A DNA stretch of 63,657 nucleotides, filler included, from Basidiobolus ranarum (lineage: Eukaryota): the NCBI GenBank assembly GCA_040143965.1. It is 34 parts of 34 records of this genome, joined end to end, with 100 filler letters (N's around TTAATTAATTAA, not from the genome) between each part and the next. Parts side by side here need not be neighbours in the genome. Positions count along the whole stretch, not along the records: positions 37,565 to 39,337 come from JASJQH010011239.1; positions 39,438 to 41,210 come from JASJQH010011240.1; positions 41,311 to 43,082 come from JASJQH010011241.1; positions 43,183 to 44,954 come from JASJQH010011242.1; positions 45,055 to 46,826 come from JASJQH010011243.1; positions 46,927 to 48,698 come from JASJQH010011244.1; positions 48,799 to 50,569 come from JASJQH010011245.1; 27 more parts are not named here. One strand, written 5' to 3'. The translations under genes were made by a program, and so were the position numbers. The notes beneath the pieces are model-generated. The model had not been told where the DNA came from. It saw only the letters and a list, made by a program, of their open reading frames with translations, and did not search any database. This document shows positions 38,368 through 50,669 of the stretch, in pieces. How positions within the stretch are numbered: position 1 is the first letter of the stretch; each line of letters opens with the position of its first letter.

Positions 38368-39337
38368 GGATCATGATTGCTTATGTGTTTATGAAACACT
38401 GATAGCATAAAATCAACATATATCAAAAAAATCAATGACAGCCTGTTAGTACAGGCAAGTTAATTATATTTAAATGAAAAATGTCTGTCAATAAAAAGCT
38501 TGTGCAACCATATTGGCTCAAAATGGCTCAATCCACTAATATTTTTTCCCAAGTAGAAGCTTACATGATTGAGTGAGTAATTTGCTGATCTAAAAATGAT
38601 GAATCAAGCAATCCTGTTCATTACTCCCTAACAGAAATTTGAGGATTGTTTTTGTAGGAAAACCATCACAATTTTAATCCCTTTGGGATTGACCGTTTAC
38701 TTACCATCATAAAACCATCAAGTTAGATTTGATTTTAATCAATTTTTTCAGTATCAGGAGTGAAATTACAAAATCTCGCAAAATAGTTGCAAATGATTGG
38801 CTAAAATCTCAGAGAACTATGGATCAACACATGTGTGAAAAATGTAACTCAAATTTTACACAATTACCACTTGAACACTACTTTGTCACCTTCAAAATCC
38901 CTAGTCTCTTTGATATATTCTCCTGAATACTTTTATAGAGTTCTTCATACCCAAGGTTTAGCTCATACTCAACACAAGCTAGTGTCAATATCTCCATCAA
39001 AGCCCACCATTGTATTAACGTTGCTGAATCAACATTCTTTCAGCTATCTGGCGTATACCCTGTGATTTTGTGCCTCTTGGTATTAAGTTCTTCCCAGATA
39101 TCTGCATGGTCAACAACAGACTGAATGTCAAGTTGAATGTTCTTCTTCTGATGCCACTTTCTGCATATTTGTACTGTGTTTGTGCCTTCATAGTATTGAA
39201 AATACTCCTGGCTCCTGGCTTTTTGCTTGCTTTTACCATTGGGAATAATTTCAACACTTTGAAAAGAACCAGTTGAGGTAGGAGAGCCGTGAGTTATTTT
39301 TTATGGTGTTTTAGCTTGTTGTGAGGTGTCAGGGGTT
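38368..39337 (-). mobile_element. Family Y fragment (38368..38625), then CACTA-like terminus (38626) and ORF-B 3' end
   Basis: Match to ~39780..40030; CCCTAACAGAAATTTGAGG at 38626. Confidence 0.8.
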
Positions 39338-39437
39338 NNNNNNNNNNNNNNNNNNNNNNNNNNNNNNNNNNNNNNNNNNNNTTAATTAATTAANNNNNNN
39401 NNNNNNNNNNNNNNNNNNNNNNNNNNNNNNNNNNNNN

Positions 39438-41210
39438 GAAGAGACTGTAGATACAAACAAACCGCAAACTAGACTGGACAAGCCAATGCATACCACTGCA
39501 CATCAACCTAAAACCATAACTCATGCTGGCCAATGTATAGGAACTCTAACAAGTTCAAGCCAACCAACTTGGTGCAGAGATTCAAGCTAAGTTCCTTCTG
39601 TGGAAATATTAAGGAGACAACAAGAGTTACATAAGCAAATCAGCATATACTGCTTCAAACCTAGGCAACTGCTGAATACTCTTGTTAATACTTACATTCT
39701 CATATCTTTACTGTTTAGCCTATCATGCAAAATCAATATGGATTGCAGTTAACTATAGCATAAATTGCTTTAGTTAGATCATCATTGTCTATGTCTTTAT
39801 GAAACACTGATGGTGTGAAATTGTCATATATCAAAAAAATCAATGATAGCCTATTAATACAAGCAAGTTCACTACAATTAAATGAAAAATGTCTGTCAAT
39901 AAAAAGCTTGCACAGCTGTATTGGCTTGATATGGCTCAATCCATTCACATTCTCACCTAATTAGAAGCTTACATGATTGAATAAATAATTTGCTGATCTA
40001 AAAATGATGAATCAAGCAATCCTGAACGCTAATATCATAATGCAGATCAATCCATCATTAAGTGCTGTGATTTGTCACTGGTGTGTCAAAACTACTGGTG
40101 TTTTGTAATGCAGGTGCCATAGGGCCCAATTTAAAAATCAGGATACTGTGTTAGTGAGGGACAAATGATTGGCTTAAAAACATGTGAATGTCTTGGTGAT
40201 ACATTGGATTGGGTAAGTTATAGCATAAATTGTTTATTGTTACACATTCAATAATTGGTAAGCTTCAAACCAGGGGAAGAACTTGCCTTGTCTGTAATTT
40301 GATTGTATCTATTGTCTGTTCTTCAGATGTGGACCCTTCACTTATAGGGTTAACCTGCCATTGCTACTGGTGCACAGCTCTACATATCAGCCCAGAATGT
40401 CTCACTTGAGGTTTGTGCTTGATAGTCATTGCTTCTTCAACCACAGTAGAAGCTTTGTCTCTTTTGACTGGCAATGGCCACAGTTGCATGGCAGTACATG
40501 TTGGAGCATGCCAATTACCTGAGGTTGGTGTTTGGCAGTTCTTGCCTCTTCAAGCTTGGTAGAAGCTTTATCTCTTTTGACTGACCATGGCCACAGTTGC
40601 ATGGCAGTACATGTTAGAGCAAGTCATCTACCTTGTGGTTTGTGCTTGGTGTTATTGCTTCTTCAACCACAGTGGAAGCTTCATCTCATTTGACTGGCTG
40701 TTGCCATGGTTGCATTCTGGTATGTGTTGGAGCAAGTTGTATACCTAGAGGTTTTTATTTGACAGTTTCTGCCTCTTCAACCATGGCAGAACCCTTATCT
40801 TTTTGGGCTGGCCACTGTGACTGCTGTTGCATGGCGGAGTGCATCAGGGCATATCATCTACCTTGCGGTTCATGATTGACTGTTGAGGCCTCTTCAAGGT
40901 CAGTAAGAGCTTTATTATTTCTCTCAAACACCCATTGTCTTGGTCTTGTGGGGATATGTGTTGTAACAGATAGCTGTCTTAGTAGATTGCTCTCAGATGT
41001 CAGATATTCATCCAACAACGTGTCAGGTTCAATAATTCATGCAGTTCCCCTTTGTTCCTGTGACATGGTAGTACACGTTAACCCGGTATGTCTTTCTGGT
41101 GGCAAGCTCCTTGGAGCTGACTCTTCCCCAGATGTAAAAAGCTCACTGGTTGGTTTGGTTGAATCAGGTCAATTGCACACTATGATGCGTGATAATAAGG
41201 GCCATCCTCT
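39438..41210 (-). pseudogene. Family Y: unclassified, multicopy, CpG-decayed coding repeat with a putative 141-bp intron (40286..40146)
   Basis: Long minus-strand frame broken mostly by TGA stops; copies at 38368 and ~59590..59920. Confidence 0.55.
40407..40920 (-). repeat. ~4.5 tandem copies of a 113-117-bp unit
   Basis: TCTTCAA anchors end at 40440, 40553, 40666, 40780 and 40897. Confidence 0.85.
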
Positions 41211-42035
41211 NNNNNNNNNNNNNNNNNNNNNNNNNNNNNNNNNNNNNNNNNNNNTTAATTAATTAANNNNNNNNNNNNNNNNNNNNNNNNNNNNNNNNNN
41301 NNNNNNNNNNCTGCTAAGGAACACCAGTATGCGGATCGTCAAGCCAGAATGTTTGAGCATTTCGTGGAGGCTTTAAGGAAGGACTAGTAGCTGTTCACTC
41401 TCATCACACACCTCACCATGCATTGTAAGAACCTCATTTAAATAGTCGACAGCTGTCTTTGATGTCTTCATCGGCGCTCTTTCTATTGCTTTTAGAAACC
41501 CCATGTCACTTCATCCTATTCATGCCCTCACCTCATCCTCATTCATTACTATCTGTATATAAGTTTATCTATTTGGAAGCATCCAATCTCATCTGTTGAC
41601 ATAAAATCATTTTTGAAAAATGAATGGAACAGTCCCTTACTTTGGGTTAGCCTAGGTAGCCTTAGCCCTATTGCAATCATCCGTTTTATAAATACATGAC
41701 AACAGATCATCGATATAAGGGGTAGATATCCAAACAATGAACCCTTTTTTCGAATTCTTTTGAGTTGGGCTAATCTAACCAACGAATTAAGATCGCTTCT
41801 TTTTTTCTCCATGATTATGGGGATTTGCGAAATTTTTATGATTTTTCGGATAGAATTTAAACTCATATCGAACCTTTGGTAAACCGCTTCGATAATTGCG
41901 ATTTCATCGTCACTATCTGAAGGTCTTGAAAAAGACTGTAAGTAGTTAAACAAAGACGTGTGAAAGAGCCTATTCCAATTCCCCTTACTAACTCACTCTA
42001 TACCACATCAATAAAACTGTAACAGACGAGGTTCA

Positions 42036-43082
42036 ATGGCTGTTGAATCTTTAGTTAAATTTGGGTTTTCTTATCCCAAGGAATTTCCTTCCTACTTTAT
42101 ATTGATAGCTCTAATCGGCGTGGTAGTGTGCGTCGGACTGGTGATTAAGGTAAGACTTCAGTATTTTCAACTTTATATTGATAATATTCTAAATTGCCTT
42201 TTTTACGTGAGGTAGCTATCCATATCGAATCCATATGTTTTTCGAAAGGCGGCTTGGTCATTCTCACCTATCCCCTCAAAACCTATACTACCAAGTAGCT
42301 CAAGTGTTTTATACAAAGCTGGTTTACCAATTGCTTTGACTCCAGAAAAAAACTCTTGCAGTAGCAACAGCTCTCCTAAAATAGACAATGTAGTGGAAAG
42401 TATACCTGTTCTCTCAGAAGGAAAAGAAACAGACTCATTCAAACCGTCCCATAACTCTACGTTGGTCTCACCTTCTCAAACTTCCTTATCCCAGGCTGAG
42501 CCTACTAATGAAGTCGACTTAAAAACCACTGTAAATGAGAAAAATAGCCATATAGAACTTTCTCAACCAACCCACTCAACACCAACAGTAAATTCAAAGA
42601 CGAGTCCAAATTTGAGCAAGACAGTAGTTCAGAAAACTTTACTCGAAAACGACACCCCTAAGCCAAACTTACACTCCAACAAAGCAGTGGACCATTCATC
42701 ACATCAAACAGTAGATATTACTGCCGTAGACTCGACAAGCTTTAATGATTTTATCCCCATTGAAAGCAGACGCCGTCGAAAACCCAAGAAAAGCCAAACT
42801 CCTGAGAAGTTACAAGTACAAACTAATATAGATAACAAAATGGGGACTTCGAAACATCAAAAGCAAATCCGTCGTCGCCAGAAACCATCTTCCACTGAAT
42901 CATCCCCTCGTCAGAGTCCCACCTCTTCTCCAAGAGCCCCTAAAGTCATACCATTAAGCTCCATGAAGCGATCAGAAAATACCTCGATTCCCCCACGCGA
43001 ACCCCGAAAAGCATTAATGAGTTTCCCAAATGTGCACATAATACCGAATAGTAAGCCGTCCCCTCCAGTGACGCACCCCCGT
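42036..43082 (+). CDS. Unknown protein with N-terminal hydrophobic anchor and Ser/Pro/Thr/Lys-rich region; join(42036..42149,42216..>43082)
   Basis: MAVESLVK...FILIALIGVVVCVGLVIK; GTAAGA..TAG intron joins in frame to the long ORF; CpG-normal unique DNA. Confidence 0.7.
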
Positions 43083-43182
43083 NNNNNNNNNNNNNNNNNN
43101 NNNNNNNNNNNNNNNNNNNNNNNNNNTTAATTAATTAANNNNNNNNNNNNNNNNNNNNNNNNNNNNNNNNNNNNNNNNNNNN

Positions 43183-44954
43183 TTTGGACGAGTTTGAAAT
43201 TTCCAATATGTAATTGCTAATTCTCACATAATTCACATATATAAAAAATATATGTTCCGATTTGCAGCTAAGTGATATTTGACTAAATAATGTAGACTAA
43301 CTAATATGTGATATATGAACTAGTTAGGTGTATAAAGATAGGGATAACATATATGATAAAGACAATAAACTTCAACACAACTATTTTGCAAGATCGTGAA
43401 ATTTCACTTCTGAAACTGATAAAATTGATTAAAATCAAATCTTACTTGAAGATTTTATGATGGTAAGTAAGCAGGCAATCCCAAATGGATTAAAGTTGTG
43501 ACATTTTCCCTATGATAACAAACCTCAAATTTCTGCTAGACAACATTGATCCAACACCAAAGTACCCACCATAAAGCTGATGGTATTACTAATATATTTG
43601 ATGGATATCACTACCAGAATCTGAAAAATCAAGGTTTCTTTGAGAACATGTATGATCATGCATTTGCATTGGCTCTGGAAGGTTTCTCACTACACAAATA
43701 TACTGTTGGAAAGGCTTGCTGACTAATAAATTTAACTGAAATCTTCTCCTTCTGAAAGGTATAAGAGTCATAATATTTTGATACTATCCATCATATCTGG
43801 ACCTAAATCACCAGTGCTTTTAGATAGCTTCTTAGAGCCTTTGTTTGTGGAACTTGAATGGCTATCTAATGGGGTTCAGATGGGCAAGTATTTTTTTAAA
43901 GCTAATATCTTTATATGTATTGGTGACACTCCTGCAATCAGTAAACTTGGAGGTTTTTGTGGGCACAATGCACTATCTTGCTGTAGATTTTGTCAAATCA
44001 ATGAAGTCTACTCTATCAGGCATATGCATTACTACTATCCAAATACAAAACTAAACTTCATGATTTTACCATCAAGAGCCTAGTCAGATTTCAATATGAT
44101 CACTGATATCAATACACCCAATTGTCAGTCTAACATCAAACTTAGTATTAGCCATAAGCCTAAGATCATATTGCCAAAGCGGATCAGCTGGAGCCAGAGC
44201 TTCCTATTAGGCACTATGCACTTACAATTCAACAACATTCCAATACTACTTACTCAAATATATAGTGGAAAATTCAATATGAAGGAGTCATTTAAGATAG
44301 GATCAAAGTTTGAATTGATTGGGAAAATGATTGAAAATGTCAAGATATCATCATACTTTACCAGGACTCCCATCAATATCTACTCATCTAGGTGTTTATT
44401 CAAATGCTAAGACTGGAGTTATTGGATTTGTACATACTCAAGTGGAATCTTGAAAAGATTTCTGCCTGAAGAGTATTGGCAATATTGGGAGTTGTTTGTG
44501 GATATTGTTAATATATTCTTAAGGTATCAACTCACATTGGCAGATCTCAGGCAGACACAGCAACTGTGCAAAGATTTTGTAATTGGAAATGAAAAGCTTT
44601 ATTACAGGCTTAAAGAAGATAGACTGAATCTATGCTGGTATTCAACACATTCCCTGCTGCATCTTTCACAATGCTTAGAGATTATAGGCCTTTGCTATAC
44701 ATTCTGGGAGTTCCCAATGGAGCTCACCTGTTGTGAAATGATGCTTTGTGTGAAATTGTCAGTATTAATATATGCTAATCTGATTAATAATGTAACAGCA
44801 AATTCAGTGATGGATGTAATGCAATGGGTTGAAGAGACTCCAGAGTATATTAACCTTCTAACCAAGGGCTCTTTTCAATGTGCTCATGGGTTTTCACATT
44901 GTTTGAGCACAATAACAGCAACAAAGCCCAATCCATGGACACAGAGTAAGTACC
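43183..44954 (+). mobile_element. LTR-B 5' part (minus, to 43377), CACTA-like terminus (~43378..43540), then transposase core
   Basis: ILSIISGPKSP...DSFLEPL, IGDTPA, CCRFC, GTMH, HSLLHL...FWEFPME. Confidence 0.88.
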
Positions 44955-45649
44955 NNNNNNNNNNNNNNNNNNNNNNNNNNNNNNNNNNNNNNNNNNNNTT
45001 AATTAATTAANNNNNNNNNNNNNNNNNNNNNNNNNNNNNNNNNNNNNNNNNNNNAAATATTACTATCGGTAGAAAATGTGCATTCTAAGTATAGTTTTCT
45101 TCAACTCTGATTATCGTTAATCTGGGGCCTCGGTCGCCTTGATGGAGTCAAGAGCTTTGTACCATCAATGCTCCCACAATGACTGTAAAGGACTGAAACG
45201 TATTCCAGAATGAACAGCGCCTTCATCCATCTATCATTAAATAAACTGGAATACATAATGCAGAGGCAGGTTCCTGACTGATTTTGTGATAATGTAAATC
45301 CAGAACAAAGCCAATGAGATCCGTAAAATATCGAACTCTCGGTTGTTGTTGGATGGATTTCTATCAAGCCAATTAAGAAACCTACTAAATGTAAGTAGGA
45401 TGTGAGAGTAAGGGTGGATTTTCTAGCATGATATTTTATGCCTGAATTATTTTTCAAGGAGAGGGGTTGCTCATCATTTAGAGTCCACGCAAATGAAAAC
45501 TGCCTTATTTTCAACATCTTACTATGGGATTAATAAATATTCGACTTTGTTTATTAATTTTTAACGATTTAATAAGTAGTTGCTTTTCTCGTTGGATACT
45601 GCGGGTCTAGTGAATAATTCATCTATCTTAAGCTTGTCTTCAGCCTATT

Positions 45650-46826
45650 ATGCATTCTTTGGGTCAACATAACGGTAACCATCAAATGCAGCAGTATCTT
45701 CAGCTACAACAAAATGCTGCCATGAAAAATTCTGCTACTCTAGGTGGTCCTAATTCGCTAATTAGTAAACATCAAGGTCCAATGAGTGATTTAAATCCTA
45801 TGTTGAACAAGTTTGCAGGTGGTTTAGGAACATCAAACGGTTCCAACAATATCCACAGTGTTAATGATCCATATTATGGGTCTGGAGGAGCTGGTACCAA
45901 TATGGGCCATAATAATGTATCTATGCCCTTCAGTGGAGCTCAACAGCAAAGATATGCTCTAATGGAAGAGGAAGCAATATACTCATTCATTTTGGAGTTA
46001 TTCCATCCCGATTCTCGTGAACAAGCATTGGCCCAACTTGCCAAAAGAAGAGAAACCTTCGAAGATTTGGCCGTTGTATTATGGAACTCATTCGGTAGAG
46101 ATTTTTGCTTATTCTCAAACTTCATTTGACGCACGGAACAGAACACATTCTTACAAAAGCTAACTGCATTCCCTTAGGTGTTATGTCAATCTTGCTACAA
46201 GAGATAGCCAACGTTTATCCTTTACTTGATGCCGAATTGACAAACTCTATTTCCAATAGAGTATGCAACGCTTTAGCGTTGCTCCAATGTGTAGCAAGTC
46301 ATAGCGAAACAAGACTGCCTTTCCTTGGAAGTTGGTGCCGTATTATAAGCAAAGAATTTGTTTAGAAGAAGTCTAATGCTCCTCTTATATTCTAGCCCAC
46401 TTCCCTTATTTTCTGTACCCAATGCTAAACACAACCGATAATAGTAAGCCATTCGAGTATCTACGCTTGACTGCCTTGGGAGTTATTGGAGCTTTGGTTA
46501 AAGTAATAGAAGATTAATGAAACATCTCTATATCTTTTCACTAATTCCATTTATTCGAACTTTAGCAAGATTGTCCAGAAGTGGTGAGTTTCCTGTTAAA
46601 TACCGAAATCATTCCAATTTGCCTTCGTATAATGAACCATGGTGCCGAACTCTCCAAGACTGTATGTAGTTTCCACATTTTATGTTTGTATGAAGCCGTT
46701 CTCTTACTTTTCTTATATTAGGTGGCCATTTTTATTCTTCAAAAAATTCTCCAAGATGATTATGGATTACTCTATATATGCCAGACATATGAAAGATTTT
46801 TTGCTGTAATTACAGTGCTTGAAAGC
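45650..46826 (+). CDS. RCD1: CCR4-NOT subunit Rcd1/Caf40 (CNOT9), 3' truncated; join(45650..46094,46178..46330,46396..46502,46566..46661,46722..>46826)
   Basis: Spliced product contains [89 protein letters not shown]; four in-phase GT-AG introns. Confidence 0.96.
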
Positions 46827-46926
46827 NNNNNNNNNNNNNNNNNNNNNNNNNNNNNNNNNNNNNNNNNNNNTTAATTAATTAANNNNNNNNNNNNNNNNNN
46901 NNNNNNNNNNNNNNNNNNNNNNNNNN

Positions 46927-48698
46927 TGTATGATAATCTGATGGTATTTGTAGGAAAGCTGCAAGACAGACTTCTTGGTGAGATAGATCAAGATACACAG
47001 TATTATTGATTTAGCCATGGGGTAAACTATTCAAGCAATGACACTTCTACTTGTGGCAGAACATTTGTTGGCTGCAAGTTAGGGATATATTGGCAGAGTT
47101 CTTTTTAGAAATTTGCCAAAATACAAGAGCTTATTCTCCTTGAAAATAGTAACAAAAGTCAACTATTTGCCAATTGTCAGTGATACTCAAAATTTCAGAT
47201 GATTAGCAATTTTTCCACAGTTAGTTTGCTGGTAAAGCATATTGATGTTGTTGAGTTATCTCTAATCAGTCAAGTATGTGCATATGTAGAGACTAAACAT
47301 AAGGACATTTGTGTATTTTTTGATTCTTGTTATGGCTGGAATACAGAGCCTAAAAATCTAGATAAAGGCATGCATATTAATTTGAATTCCTACAGCAGTA
47401 AACCCAGTAATTTACCATTCAAAAATTGGATTTTTGCAAAAATTGCTGGATATTGAATAGTACATGCCAAATTTGAGGATCAATATTTTTACATGTATTA
47501 ATACTGTCAAAAAACTGTCCAGAAACTGCTGTCACACCATCAAAATCCCTGGCAGAATGCAACCCACCAATTTTGTGATGGCTCTCTGACAGTTTTGCAA
47601 TTTTGGAGGGTGTATCCAATCTGGATCAAATTGATTTTATTTTTTGTTAGTGAAATTCTTATTTGAGAAAATATTGATCCTCATGTTTGATGTCCATTAT
47701 TTAATTTCCAACAATTTTTGAAAAAACTCATTTTCAAATGGCAAATTAATGGGTTTACCACTATAAGATTTTTAAATAATGTGCATGCCTTTATTTAGAT
47801 ATTTTAAGCTTTGTATTCCAGCCATAATGAGAATCAAAAAACACAAGAATCTTGTTGTGCTTAGTCTCTTCATATGCATATACTTGACTGATCAGACATA
47901 AATCAACAGCATTAATATGCTTTACAAGCTAACAAATGAAAGGAAAATGGCTAAACATCCAAAACTTTGAATAGCACTGACACTAGGCAAAAAGCTCACT
48001 CTGGCTACTGCTCACAATGAGAATAAGCTTGTGAATATTGGCAAATATCCATAAAGAATCCGGCCAAAATATCACCAACTGGTAGTCAGCTAATGTCCTG
48101 CCTCAAGTAGATGTGTGATTGCCTGAGTTGATTACACCATTTCTACAAAAATAATACTATATATCTCAATTTATCTTACTAAGAAGTCTGTCTTGCAGCA
48201 TTCCTAGAAAACCATCAGATTATCACACAAACAAATTAGTCCTGATTATAGAGGTACTTACACTATGTCCATGGATTGGGTTTTGTTGTTATTATTATGC
48301 TCATACTATACAAAAGCCCATAAGCACATTGAAAAGAGCCCTATGTTGGAAGCTTAATATATTCTGGAGTTTCCTTAACCCATTGCAGTAAATCCATCAT
48401 TGATTTTGCTGATACACTACTAATCAGATTACCATATTGGAATATTGACAATTTCACATGGAGCATCATTTCACTGCAGGTGTGCTTCATTGGGAACTAC
48501 AAGAATGTATAGCAAGGGTCTATAACCTCTGAGCATTATCAGATATGCAGCAGGGAATGTATTGACTCATGGCATAGGTTCAGTCAATCTTATTTGAGCC
48601 TGAAATAAATTTTTCATATCTAATTACAAGATTTTTGCACAGTCACTATATCTGCTTGAGATCTGCCAATGTGAGTTGATGCCATAACCCTAACAAAA
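46927..48698. mobile_element. Two CACTA-like transposase 3' ends tail-to-tail; transposase-side termini at ~47652 and 48688
   Basis: Plus copy ends TTTTTGTTAGTG; a minus copy follows; CCCTAACAAAA at 48688. Confidence 0.8.
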
Positions 48699-50669
48699 NN
48701 NNNNNNNNNNNNNNNNNNNNNNNNNNNNNNNNNNNNNNNNNNTTAATTAATTAANNNNNNNNNNNNNNNNNNNNNNNNNNNNNNNNNNNNNNNNNNNNAC
48801 ATCAAGAAAACCGGAATCAAGAGCACTTTGATAAAGAGACATCCTAGCAGCACCGATGGACAGTATGGAAACGACATTCCCAAAGATGCTATCTCATGGG
48901 TTTATTGAAGCCTCAGATGACAAAAGATATTCCCTTAATAGATTAGCGTACGCAAAAATAAGACAATAAATACAATTTTTTCACATGTAGCCTTTTACGA
49001 AGATATGATATACAAACCACCATGCGTGCCAGCATACTTTACCCTTCATTTACTCCAAGCTTTTCAAATAGGTACACTATAGAAGTGATTACTACGATGA
49101 CTATTAAGTTATACGAAATCAACGATGTGATAGTTTCATTAATGAAATTATCGTGGAGAGTTTTACTTTCGATCACATATGACTTGATACAAAATCGCTT
49201 AAAAGAAACACGCCTTCAGTTTACTTTCATTCCGAATTCCACACTGCTAAATATCCTTCTCTTTTTACATTCGATAGTGATTGACTTTACTAAATATGAA
49301 TACAATATGATCATGCCTCCTAAGAATCGGATCAGCTAATCTTTCCTAATTTAAACGTCAACGGATATTTTTACTTGGTCTAGTCACTAATAGTAACGAA
49401 GAATATTGTGTAGACGGTTTGATTAAAGATGTGCAACTACCGTGAGAGGAAGTAAGTGGCATAAATGAGTGGAGTTTACCGCTGAATACGGATAGACTTT
49501 AAAAGCTTCTTATCTGCTTATTCAATCTGGATAGATTATACCATAATATCCACAACTAATGTTTAGATCAACCAAATAAAAGATTGTGCCCCACTGATTT
49601 AAACAACACCAGAGTTAAAGTGTGTCGTTTAAGAATCCATGGAGAAGACTTAATACTTTGAGGTGCACTTTCGTAATGTGAGTATGAGGAAGAACGAGTC
49701 AGGATAAAAGGTCAAAACGCAGGGTTTTCAATGATCGTTCACGTTGATTTAGAATAAGAAAGTAATTCAAGGTCGTAGCGTAAGTAGAGTGCCTAGTGCA
49801 ATCCTTTTTGTGATGATACGAAAAACTGAGAGATGTCGTTGTTATTTTAATTTGCCACCCAATCACTCTCACAAGAACACACTCTAGACAGATTTCTTTC
49901 CTGTTTCATTTCTAAGCTCCTTCTATTATGTATCAGTTTGGAGTAAACAGTGGGAGGGTGCCTGATCTGATAGACTCTTTATACTCGCATCTATATATGG
50001 CTGTGTACGTGATCGTCGGTAGAGTCATGGACCAACAATTGGGGTCCTCAACCGTTAGTTATATATAGTACAATAATTGGTATTTGGTTAGTCTTTTGTA
50101 GATAGTTTAAAGAAATGAAATGAAATTTCCCGATCAAACTTAGCCATTCTTCAAATCGAGATTGTAATTGAAATGGGCCACTTTCCTATTCCCTTCACTG
50201 GCTTCTGCTGGGAATGATTTCGGAAGCTCTGTATTCCGGTACACCATAACATTATGTTGTCCTGATAAACCCTTCATGTCCCGATAAGTGATCGTCGGTA
50301 GAATCACATCAGCCAATAGTCTTTCTACATAATAGCTCAAGATAGGCGATCACTGGTCATACAGCTACGTCACATTTACCACTTCTAGCACGCATTTCTA
50401 GATCCCGAAAACAAGTAACTTCATATATATGCATAGTATTATAGAAGACTTGTTCCGTTCTAGATTGCTAAATTGTCGGTAATATTATTCTAATAGATAG
50501 ATATCGACTACTTTCATGAGAACCTGACCCTCTATTTATGGGATTATTAGGCGTCGAATACTATATATANNNNNNNNNNNNNNNNNNNNNNNNNNNNNNN
50601 NNNNNNNNNNNNNTTAATTAATTAANNNNNNNNNNNNNNNNNNNNNNNNNNNNNNNNNNNNNNNNNNNN

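Noticed and set aside
41311..41387. Possible last codons of a host gene (AKEHQYADRQARMFEHFVEALRKD*)
   Set aside because: Only 24 codons at a contig edge; not identifiable.
45101..45517. 138-aa minus ORF upstream of RCD1 (likewise 41549..41953)
   Set aside because: Non-ATG start, no recognisable motif, and located in presumed promoter or intergenic DNA.
48799..50569. ORFs 49022..49339 and 50140..50340 in a unique contig
   Set aside because: No homology recognised and no consistent splice model; treated as intergenic.
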